The position numbers and the translations under genes were made by a program. A stretch of DNA of 64,000 nucleotides from assembly GCA_010909165.1 (NCBI GenBank), contig MU008168.1, forward strand, positions 620,001 to 684,000. The letters are read 5' to 3'. This document shows positions 12,453 through 23,683 of the stretch, one piece after another. Each line of letters opens with the position of its first letter. Position 1 is the stretch's first letter. Under the pieces are notes generated by a model, which saw only the letters and a program-made list of their open reading frames with translations, searched no databases and had not been told where the DNA came from. Source of the DNA: Anthoceros angustus (lineage: Eukaryota; Plantae; Anthocerotophyta).

Positions 12453-13912
12453 CAGCTGTAATATTCTAAACTGTTGTCCTCCATACCCAAAGTAGGCATA
12501 CAGCTTGCTTTTCCCCTCTTTGCTCCTTTTCACCACAACAAGTTTTTGTTGGTTGTGTGCAACAACCCGACGATCCATCTTCTCTTGTTCTCCTTTTAGA
12601 AACACCTCCTGATACTTCTTTTTGAAACTCTTCGATAGTGTCACATACTTCAAGTTATTGCTTTTTTTTTTTCCATTCAAGAAGTGGCGAGCCTGCTTTT
12701 TCAAATTATTCCGCCAAAACCTTATGCTTGGAGCCAAAAATTGCCTCATAACAGCATAAAAGGACCATGGACCTGAAATAGTCTGTCTAGTGTTCCTTTC
12801 AACAAGTTTTGCAATTACAGCAATTTTCAGGATTAAGCGGATGCATGTGTAAGACTTTGTTTAGGGCTTAAAAAAATTAGCTTGCTTTAAATTAGCCTGG
12901 ATCTAAATTGATAGGTTAAGAGATTAGTGGTAGTAAAGTTTTGTTTAGGACTTAAGAAAATTAACTTACTTAATATTTAAGAGGATTATTATTTAGAGGT
13001 CAAATATGTACCTCCTATGTAAGGGATGATGCTAATCGAAGTGAATCATTTTCTAACACTTGTGCCTCCTTCTTGTTAGAGCGAGGAAGAGATCAAAGAA
13101 CCCAAGAGATCAAAGAATCTCTAGCTCCACTCTCCCCCCGCCTCGATCTAATGTTTCATTCACTCTTACAATGAAGCTTTTAGCATCACTTGACGAAACC
13201 TTGGATGTGTAGCGCATAAAAGTGCAAACAGAACTTGGATGTGTAGCGCATAGAAGTGCAAACAGAACGTGGGCACCTTAGTCGGGCTTTAGAATTTTCT
13301 TTCTCCGCACTCCGCCCCTAGGCATTGGGTTACTCACAGTAGCCTATAACACAAGTCGATCGTTTTTGTTGTTGTTGTGATATTTGTTGCATTAAAATGG
13401 AGGAGAAGTGGGCATGTTCTATAGACGAGATTGCAGCTATTATGGCCATCATAGCTGCAACAATGGATTGGCCTTGACGATCAGCCATCGCTATATTGGC
13501 CGAGAAGAAGTACACCACCAGGACCTTTCGTTTCACGTCGATAAGTGTCGTTACTAGAAACAAAGGTAAGTTTTCATATATAGTATGAAAACTTACTCAA
13601 AGGTAAGTTTTCACATAATAGTATTTCCGTAATTAATTAACTAACTAACTTAATAATTAATAATTTGTTTTTAAATCTCAATAATGTTTGCACTTTCGAA
13701 GTTCATGAATAGTAAATTTTTTATACCTCTATATATAAGGTGCGAGATCTAATTAAACAATGTTCAAAGTATTCCACTATCCTACTATCTTCCTTTTTAT
13801 TACTTTTGCAACATTTGTGCCTCTACCATTGAATTATTTCTCTTTCTACATCTATGTATACAAGTAATTGCTATCAACAAATTATCAGTTAAAACCAAAA
13901 ACAACCAATCAA

Positions 13913-14452
13913 ATGTTCATGGCGGGACCTACATGGATATTGTTTTTAGTGTGGACAACAACCATTCAAATGTTCATGATAGCAACTATATACATATTTC
14001 TAATGGTGTGGATAACTTTGTTGAGTATGGTAGTTATATGCACTCTATGCATATTAATGATGGTGTTGATACCTTTCTTCAGTATAGCAGCCATATGCAC
14101 TCTACTTTATGCACATACAAGTTTTCTATGGGATGCAATGAATTATCGTTCGACTAATCATGAATTAGTTATACCACGTCATGAACAACTTGATGTGGAG
14201 AGATTAAATGAAATCATTCCTATCATGTTATATAAGAAGAAGATCAACATCACTGAAGAATGTTGTATATGTCTTGATGAATTGGAAGACACACAAGAAG
14301 TCCGAAAACTGCCACAATGTTCACATTTGTTCCATTGTAAATGTATTGATTCTTGGTTTTCAACTTCAAAAAGTTGTCCCCTTGATAGGTTAGAACTTGA
14401 CATAAATAAGGCTTTCATACCCATACCTAATGAAATTGAGATGGTTATGTGA
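13913..14452 (+). CDS. ATL-like RING-H2 protein with tandemly repeated transmembrane segment, intronless
   Basis: ATG 13913, TATA (CTATATATAAG) ~13729; four ~19-aa hydrophobic repeats; RING CCICLDEL..RKLPQCSHLFHCKCIDSWF..SCPLDR. Confidence 0.82.
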   Translation: MFMAGPTWILFLVWTTTIQMFMIATIYIFLMVWITLLSMVVICTLCILMMVLIPFFSIAAICTLLYAHTSFLWDAMNYRSTNHELVIPRHEQLDVERLNEIIPIMLYKKKINITEECCICLDELEDTQEVRKLPQCSHLFHCKCIDSWFSTSKSCPLDRLELDINKAFIPIPNEIEMVM

Positions 14453-14802
14453 CCTTAAAAGACTTACGCATCAATCCATTGGATTGGACTGATACATAGG
14501 CCCAATAAAAATTGGCTCTTCACATGCCCATATGTACATAACAGACTATCTACCACAACCTACCGTTGTCTACCATATGTTACAAACAGTACATGTTTAA
14601 TAATTAGATTTATAGTGAACCATCATGTTTAATAATTAGATTTATAGTGAACCGTCGCCACAACACCTCATAAGTACTTAAGATAATTTTGTATTCTGTT
14701 TTTAATTAATTGCATACTTCTCTTTTGCTTTGCCGTCTCGTGCTAGAGGAGCTGAGTGTGTTCCTGCGTCACTTTGCAAGATTGATTAGTGGTAGGAGAA
14801 TG

Positions 14803-15540
14803 TGTCAAGAGCTTTGATGACGAGTTCCACTAACACGCTTGATAGTTGCAGACTAGGTTCAGTCCTGAGCTCAGGTGGCACTATATAATGGGGGGGACCT
14901 TCGGCATGAAGCCATCGGTGTCCTTGGTAGGCGTTGGGGCAGAGGCCATGGGGTTGCAGGCTGAGAAGCCACTACCTCATGGAACGCGAAGGATTCAAAA
15001 GGAGCAAAGGCAGTCTTGTGTGAATATGTCGGCGTGTTGGAATTTCTAGAGCTGGCTATATGTGAGCAAGGGAGAAGGAAGGGAGCTGCTGTGAGCCTGT
15101 GCGTTGTGTTGGAGCTATTATTAAGTGAAGTCAAGAGTTGTGAGTTGGAAGATGTGGAGCTAAGCAAGTATGTGCGTAGAGGCGCTAGGGTACGGTGATT
15201 GATGGAGGAACATGTCGCTAAACCTATTATGGTCCGCCGGACCTTAAACGGTGTTTTGAGGCACCCTGAGCAGAGCCTTTTGGATAAGTCCGGTGGGTCA
15301 CGTGCTTGGTCCGTTGAGTTGCCTAGGCGCGTGCCACCTAGCAACTCAATAAACCACGTACGCGACCCATCGAACCTTTCCACAAGGCTCCGCTCAGGGT
15401 GTCTCAAAGACACGCCTAAGCTCCGCGGTTTCCGCTGGACACAACATGATGAAGGCGTCGAGTTGTGGAGCATAGGTAGAATTAGCACAAGTCCATTCCT
15501 TATGGAACGAGCCCCAGTACTACATCAACATTGGGTTACA
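14803..15540 (-). mobile_element. Possible LTR remnant
   Basis: On the - strand a short purine run (GGAGGG) lies just upstream of TGTAAC, and the segment ends TTGACA; no coding capacity and no TSD found. Confidence 0.3.
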
Positions 15541-16789
15541 AGTGTGCACCCTCCTAATCTAGGTTAGCAAAAGTATCCCCACACGGATTCTTGGCATGGT
15601 TCATAGTTTGAGTCCTTGAGAAGAGGAGGACATGACTGGTCTCCAAATGCACGTGCACGGAGCTTGAAGGATGCAACATGGAAAGGGAACTCAAAACTAG
15701 TAAATCTTGAAATAATATAGAAATTTCAAGAATTGAACAACCGCCCTTGAACAATTCACAAGACTAAAGTATCCCCATCCTAGTAGCTGGCACACAACGA
15801 TCTACACAGGAGTACTCAACGATCTGCAGATCAATGTCGTCAAAGCGCTGCACAAACTAGACATTACGTAATCGACTTGATGTTAATCGGCATGCAAACC
15901 AAACATTATGAACAGTGCAAGAATCCGGAGTACCTGGCGGAAACCAGAATTATATAATAACCGATGTAGATCGTTGAAGAAAGGCTCCCCACAGCCATTT
16001 TTTATCCAAATCAGCAGCAATGGCTATACATAGGGCTATGATTACGATCTCAAGCGGCTGGTTCGTTTAGGTACAATTTTTTTTATTTATATTTTGGTTC
16101 CCTTCCACCCAACTTTAATGTCTATAGTGTTGCAGCCAAGGAGGCCGGGTTTAAGCCGGGGTGTAGACCCGGTTTAGGGTGGTTTAGTATTATTAATAAC
16201 AAAGGCTTTCGAATGTGAACCTTTTTTCCCTAGCATTTCTTATTAATATGGACATAAGTCAAACTTCTTGCTAGAACCCATCCAAGTTAACCTGTGGAAT
16301 CAAACTTCCTTCACCTGGTGTTAGGTCCATGTTCACCCAATAAGACTTGTCCCCCCACGTCCAAGGAGGCTATGATCGGGCCTTGCGGCGAGATTGCGTT
16401 CCCTGGTAGAGCTAATAGGAGTAACCTGCATAGACACGCGATTGACTGCCGTCCCTTTTGTTGTGTATATGTTGTAGCAAGCTAATTAGTTCGAGACCTT
16501 AACGTTTCGTTTAGCGAATCTTGCTTTCGTAGTGGCAATTTCTTGAATATTTTTTAACCTTGTTTCTTGTAATTGCAATTAACACATAGGGTTTAAAGCC
16601 TTTAGAGATGCAGTCCATGAGGTAAGTGGCCAAACATGACAAGGCCTGACATTGTTTGTAAAACCGACAGCTGATTATTTATTGAAAGGAAATGCGCTAA
16701 CAATTCTAAAGACCATAGCAAACATGGATTTCATAGTGTTTTCGAGACATTCCACTTTTGGCATAAATTTAGTAGGAGGATGGAGATCT

Positions 16790-16945
16790 TATTAAAAAGA
16801 AGAGATTGGGAAAATCCATCTACCGCGAACCGAGGGGGACAACCCACTAAAGGACCAAGAGCCAAGGGGCTAGCCCACAAATGCCAACCCCAAGCTACCG
16901 ACCGCCCCGATTATGCGTGGTCGGAGATGAGGAAAGGCCTAAATT
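16790..16945 (-). mobile_element. 5'-truncated CRE-like LINE 3' end
   Basis: AGGCCTTTCCTCATCTCCGACCAC matches 42107-42130 (AGGCCCTTCCCTATCTCGGACGAC), and GGGTTGTCCCC..GGTAGATGGATTTTCCCAATCTC matches 42212-42256. Confidence 0.7.
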
Positions 16946-16993
16946 TAATCCACTCCCACATCATGCTAGGCCTAACTTGGCAAGCAATACGAC

Positions 16994-19990
16994 ATGGGCA
17001 TCTGTGTGCTATCCTTCTACCTATTTGGTTTTGTCTTTCCGGTAGAAACCATTGAATACTATGTTCCAGATTGAATCTTATTGTGGGAGATCTGATAAAG
17101 TCTTGCTGGCTGCAAAAGCCCACTGGTCCGGATGGCAGACCAGGTCCTGATCGCAGTTGCGCTCCGGTGCGTTCCGACAGTTCCAGAAGACGTTCTACGG
17201 CATCTGGCCGAGTCCACAATGCCAGGGCCGTGAGCTGACACCCAGCTCGCAGTCGGCACCGACAAGAAACAATTGACTCTACACAGCGCGCCTTCTGCTG
17301 AGCTCCTGCAGAAAGCGCATCCGCGTGCCGCACAAAGGCTGGCTGGCCGCACCTCCGACCTTCAAACCATCTAGAGCATCCAATTGCATTCCTTCTGGCC
17401 TCCCTGCGCAACCACAGTTTCTCAGGCCCCCATCCCTGAGCATCCCGCAGGCTGCACGGCTGTGCTGACGTTGGATCTGAGCTCCAACCGGCTGAGAGGA
17501 GAAATCCCTGTCGCAATCACCCGGTCGCATTTTTTGGCACTGTTCCGGCTGTACGAAAATCGGTTGAGCGGTAATATTCCGCACCAATTGGGGCCCGGCT
17601 GAGTGCCGTGCTCGAGAAGGTGGACGAGAGCGACGATTTGCCACACCTGCTGCAGGCAAGAGCTGAGTGTGCTCGATCTATCAAGTAATCGGATAAGCGG
17701 AAGGAACAATTTCTGCGGAAATTGCAGCCTGCTCCGGGCTGCGTCACATCCGCCTGGACCACAATTTGCTCTCGGGATCCCTCCCCTCTATGTTCTGCTC
17801 ACGCAGTCCCAGCGATGTGATGCAGCAGCTGGATGTGAGCTTCAGCGGCTTGGGAGGGCTCATTCCTGCTCAATTAGGTCTGTGCTCCGGCCTGAGCAAT
17901 CTGGACTTGGGGCACGACTGTCTGGGATGCTAGGGGAGATGGATTGATATTCCGTTGGAGCTGAGTGAGGCCGCAGGGCTGCAGAGGCTCGATGCCTCGT
18001 CCAATAGGATCACAGGTGAGATCCCGCCCCGGCTTCTGCAGGGCCGGCACCGCGTAGGATACCTTGGTCTGGGAGGGAACAGGTTGCCGGGGAGCATCCC
18101 TGCCGAGGTGGGGGACGTCTTGAAGTTGGCACTCCTTAAACGGCTCCGACTCCAGGACAATTTGCTGGAAGGTGTTGTTTCTGCCTCTGTGGGAGAGTTG
18201 CATAGCCTTGTTGAGCTGCGACTTGGGGGAAATCAGCTGCGCGGAGCCATCCAACAGGAGGTGGGTGATGTCGGAAGCTTGCAAATTTCGCTTAACCTGA
18301 GCTGGAACGATCTGTCCGTACCGATTCCACCAGGATTCGGCAGCCTCAGCGCCTTGCGGCTGCTTGAATTGTCGGATAACGATCTTCTAGGACGCATCCC
18401 CGCTGATTTTCCGTCCTGGGGTCAGTTTCCTAAATACTTTGCTCTTTCCTACAACAATCTCTCACGGACTGGGACTCCGTGCTGGGTTCCCACCCATCTC
18501 CAAGCAGGCAGCTATGTCCTTTGCAGGCAACTCTGAACTCTGTGGTGGGGTTCTGCCCCCTTGTCCGGTGCGCACTTTGGTCGTGGCTGGCAAAGAATTG
18601 CATCTGAGCAGGGGTTCTCTGGGATTGTTAGGTGGAGTAGGCCTCTTGGGAATCACCTTGGTGCTCATTGGGGCATACTTGTGTCTGTGCCATCGCTGCC
18701 CAGGTAACAGCCCAGACGAGGAGACTGGCCGGACGCTGCACTCTTGTGCTTCTGCGAGGGTCAACACCAGCATCACCATATCCGACATCATGGAAGCCAC
18801 GCACAACCTGAGCAGCGAGATGGTGATAGGGAAGGGCGGGTATGGAACTGTGTACAAGGCCATCATGTCGTCAGGCCAGGTCTTGGCAGTGAAGACGTTG
18901 TCGCTGCGATTCCCACTTGTCAACAGCTTCACCGCGGAGGTGGAGACGGCAGCTTTGGTCAGACATAGGCACATTGTAAGGATGATGGGATACAGCTTTG
19001 ACCAAACCCAAGCCTTCATCATGTACGACTACATGCCTAATGGTAGTGTGGGAGACATCCTCCACAGCAGGCACAGCAACGCCTCCCTTTGCATCAACTT
19101 GGCGCTGGACTGGGACACCAGGTTCAAAATCGCAGTGGGCACAGCCAAGGGCTTAGCTTACCTGCATCACTACTGCGTCCCTCCCATTGTGCACCGAGAT
19201 GTCAAGACCAACAACATTCTTCTCGACTCTAGCATGGAGCCCTATATCACTGACTTCGGGCTTGCAAAGCTCATTGACGGCACCGACTCTGCAGCACTCT
19301 TGTCAGGCATCGCTGGCTCCTTTGGCTACATTGCACCTGGTAAGCATATTCGTGAACCTACCTCATCTTTGCTGAACAAGGCTGCCTTCAATTCTTCAAT
19401 GCCCGCGTTCAACTTATAAAGTCATCCAGGATTCTGCCGGCTGCGCAGAGCATGGGTACAGCAAGAGAGTGACCACCAAGAGTGATGTATACAGCTTCGG
19501 TGTGGTGCTGCTAGAGCTATTGACAGGAAGAACACCCAATGGTCCCGACTTTCGGCAGGGAACCAGCATGGTGGAGTGGGTTAACAGGAACGTCAAAGAC
19601 AAAACCGACCTCACCATAGTCTTAGACTTCAAGCTACAAGGTTCCTCGCCGATAGCCAGGGACGAAATGCTCCGGGTGCTCAGGGTTGCACTTCTTTGCA
19701 CCAGCGAGTCCCCTACTGACAGGCCTGACATGAAGGAAGTTGGACGCATGTTAGCACTCGCAAAGCTTCCAAGAGATCCCGGAGATGGCATACAAGGACT
19801 GGAGATGGTGTCTGTCAGGGAACACCACGAGGAGCGGCACAGTCTGGACGGCGTAGACAGCACGGATATGATGGAAGAGAACACACCAGACATTGCGGAC
19901 GCAAGTTCGGATGTGTCATCAGCTACTCTGCAAGACGGCCAGCTGCCATCATCTTGGTCCAGACGTGCGTCATTCTCGTCCGGAATGTGA
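16994..19990 (+). pseudogene. LRR-XI-like receptor kinase with disrupted ectodomain; kinase exons (to 19339; 19449-19990) still open
   Basis: Signal-peptide-like start MGICVLSFYLFGFVF, plant LRRs (LDLSSNRLRGEIP, LQISLNLSWNDLS) spread over several frames with stops (e.g. TGA ~17600); TM; IGKGGYGTVYKA, HRDVKTNNILLD, DFG, GSFGYIAP|intron|EH, KSDVYSFGVVLLELLTG. Confidence 0.8.
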
Positions 19991-21177
19991 TCTTTGCTGC
20001 CTACAATGTTCTTTTCTGCAAACGAGCTAAACCCACCAGGTCCTGTTCAAGTTGGAAGTGGCGCCTCAGTGATCAGAAGTCTCCTTTTCGAAAGGCCGCA
20101 TCACCTGTCCAGACAGACACTTCCAGCCCCAAGCATTTTAGGAGCACCTGAAGGAGGAGAATCATCTTGCAGGAAATGACAGGACTTGGCACAGTCACAA
20201 GCCCGAAAGGTAAAAGACGGATGTCATGTGAAGAGAGGCAGTGACGTTGGTCGTATAGTGCTATGGGGTACACAGAAAATACATCAATCACTGTACCCGC
20301 TGTTTGCTTGCTTGCTGAATTTTCTCCATAGCTCGGTAAAGCGTGGTGATTGCCTCAGACTTTCGAGCACGAATTGAAGTCCATGTGACAGGGAGGACCA
20401 GATGGGGGCAGGGTGCAGAGCAGATGGGACTCCAAGCGGAGGGGCCACTTGCTGCTTGCAAGTCTGCGTCAGCGCACGTTGTGCCTGGTACGCACGTAAT
20501 GCCTGGCAGGCTGATGCCAGATTCACCCTCCGGATCCGCCTCTGGGCCCGGGGCCCCGCTCACATCTCTTCGTGGTGTTGATGCCCGGAGAAAAGCAGGA
20601 GGCCCCGTCAATACCACCTCGGGCTGAAGATGTACCGATATACCTATACATATGTATTATGGCAGGCGCTAATAGTCATTGCCGTTATAACCTAATGACG
20701 CCCCGAGGGCCCGAGTCCCGAGGCTACTTAATCTTAGCTTTAGGTAATTTATGGTTGTGACTTTTTTTAATTGCTGGTATAAAATGCTCATCATAAGGTT
20801 GTTGGGGATGTTAACCCCTAAGCGACCATACCTATTGGCAAGCTTATGCTTGCCTTCATAAGAGTAGAATTGTAGTTGCAAGTGTGAAAGGAACCTCCTT
20901 GGAGTTTCGGTCGGGATGCCCTTCTTTGGGCTCTTTGGTTAACTGCAAAACACAATTGGAGATGTAGGAGGATCAATGCTAGTCACCACGAGAAATCCAA
21001 GGAAAATTGACTCACCATTCACCAGAAACACCTAAAGAAACGGCGGGGCCCTTCACAAAATGGACCTGCCATGGTACCAAGCTTTTATCTATACTTTCCT
21101 AACCGGGTTCATAAAACTGGGCCCCATGAGCAAAGTGGCGATCACGCACTCCATGCCTCGCATGCGAAGTTTCTCCT

Positions 21178-21260
21178 TGAGTGGTTGCCACCAGGGGACG
21201 TCTCCCTAAGTGGTTGCCACCAGTGGACGTATCCCTGAGTGGTTGCCACTAGTGGATGCA
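21178..21260. repeat. 29-bp tandem repeat x ~3
   Basis: GAGTGGTTGCCACCAG(G/T)GGACGT(C/A)TCCCT units. Confidence 0.85.
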
Positions 21261-21860
21261 TGGTAGGAATGCCTCCTGTTCTCCGGGGCAACCGAACGAC
21301 ACCCATCCGCACACACAAGGGCCACCGACCACATCCCGCATCTTGGTCTCCCCATGATCGGATTCTCTCTTTTGTAGGGTTAAATAGGTTCTGCTACATT
21401 AACCCCTAAACGAGAAAACATTTCAAACTCAGACGTTGTGAAGATGTAAAATGGTTTACAGGTAAGCTGTTCGATCATCATATCTTTTTCAATTGTCCTT
21501 AGAATCAAGCATATTCTAGCTAGATCGTTGAAAAGAGATTTGGCTGGAGAACCTTGGTCACAATCTTATGTTTTTTAAAAACTAAAATTAATCCAAAATA
21601 ATTTCTATAAATGTTTCATCTAAAAAATAGCCCAGAAACGGGTCCTTCTGGGGTTAAAGCCCTTATTGTCACCGACCACCAGCAGGTATGGTTTACATGT
21701 ATCCTAATATGGGTCTTTTCCCATTTACACCACCAACAAAGAACTCTGGATTTAGCCGATTGAGTCTTTACCCTGTTTTTACCATCTACCAACAACTCTA
21801 AATATATCCAAATTTGAGATTTTTTTATTATACCTATGTTTATTCAAACTAGTTTCTGGT

Positions 21861-23683
21861 TTACACTGAGCCATCCTCTACTAAAGTCATGGTGCTTGCA
21901 ATGGGATTATTGTCTCCTACTCTTGTTATTGTGGACAAGTTTTTTATGGAAGTATCTTCGAGAAAAGTACCTCCTCCATCTATACAGTATAATCGATGAT
22001 CTCGTTCAGGCCTACGACAAACCTTTCGTAAAGGGACCACCTCCTGTAAAAAGGCAACCTTTTAGAATAGTGGTAGTTGTGGAGTCTCAAAGAGAAAATC
22101 TCCTCCTCCACTGGGAATATGTCTAGTAAAATACCTTTAACAAAACCAGTAAAAATGACATTTAGAAATATATGTCTTATATTCTATTGTGTCTATAACG
22201 AAGCAGGACCACTGGCTAGCGATATCTTCGACATAATAGATAATGACGAATATTTAACAATTAACATACCTCAGACTCATCGTGTTTGTAACGAACCCAA
22301 AAGCGACATCGACATCCACGAACATCATGTCGTCGTCTCTGCACATCTAAAATCTCCGCATCAAAGTACAAAGCCTGCTCATTGGTATCCTGCAAGATAT
22401 TTGGCATATGAGTATTTATATTTACAATAGAATTATATATTATAAAACTCAATCTTTGTGGAGTACCTGAAAACAAAGAATATTGTCACCAGGGAGCACA
22501 ATAACACAATCTGAAGCTTCACAAGCTTGTGATCGTTGCCGAATTGATGATTTTAAGCTAACCCACTCATCATCTTCTGGTCCAAAACCGGAATACCTTA
22601 CTTGCACTTGCTATGAACCCAAGGTACTTCCATATCTTAGAAAAAAATTACTATTGGTAAGAAAGAACTTGAAACCTATGATAAACTTCAAGACACGATA
22701 TGGAAATTGCATTTACCGGATCATTTGAATCTACGCATTTATGGGAGATGAATGTTGATACGTCGTACCTGTAAGATCAATAGTTCTTTGAAGTGCAAGT
22801 TCTAGCAATTCAACTTTTGTGAATTTTGTAGCCACAAAGTTGATAGAAAGGCTTGATACTTATAACAAAGTTCATACATCAACTTAATACTCTACCATGC
22901 TCCATCTGTGGATTTAGCTTCGTACTTGAATTGTTGACCTTCCAAAGACTTCCGACCTTGTTTTTTAGGTGTTTCTATAGAAGCTATAGTACATATTTGA
23001 TACATGAGAAAGACAGCAAAATCAATTGATAGATTACTAGCTAAAAGAAATGAGTTTATCCATGAATATAAAGATTTCCTTAAATTTTACCAGGCATCCG
23101 GGCAATTTTTTGTTTCTGTGCATGTCTTCTATTTTGGAACCAATTCCACACCTACAATGAGTAAAAAAAATCAAGTCAAATGACAGATTGGATGATACCA
23201 ATTGTTGTATATGATAAATAAAAGTACAAAGACTTACAAGGAGAAAAGTGCTTGATAAAAAACAGAATAATACATACACATTTCCATTGTATTTCTTGTG
23301 ACCAACACGTTCGGGAACTCACAGGAAGCCTCACAAATAGATTGCAAGTTCATCATGTGAGAATTTTGCTTCAATGAGCTTGACCACAATTATATTAAAA
23401 TTCTTGACTTTGTGGTCACATAGATTATTAAGTTAAAGGTCACAAAGGTATAAAACGAAATGAAGGAACAAACAACCTAAAAGAATTTGCTAAACTTTGG
23501 ATAATTTCGTCTGAGTTACCGTCAGTAATGTCTAAACTCTCTCCATATACTACCGATACACAATAGAAAAATGTTGTAAGTTTCTTACATAAAATATAAG
23601 CATATTATTTATAATTTGTGGGAAGAAAACTAGGTATCCACCTCCTTTCTTTGAATCAGGAACCTCGACACAGTCCTCTTCAT
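21861..23683 (-). CDS. SHH2: SAWADEE homeodomain homolog (SHH2-like); complete exon set but 5' exons of this copy carry indels
   Basis: Spliced exons give [13 protein letters not shown] (homeodomain helix 3), [10 protein letters not shown]|[94 protein letters not shown], stop at 21861-21863. Confidence 0.9.

Noticed and set aside
11886-13563. Possible DNA-transposon (Harbinger-like) protein remnants
   Set aside because: Only short broken ORFs; no catalytic motif or TIR pair could be identified.
20811-21657. TTAA-CCCC...GGGG-TTAA piggyBac-like ends
   Set aside because: Inverted match is only 4-5 bp beyond TTAA; could be chance.
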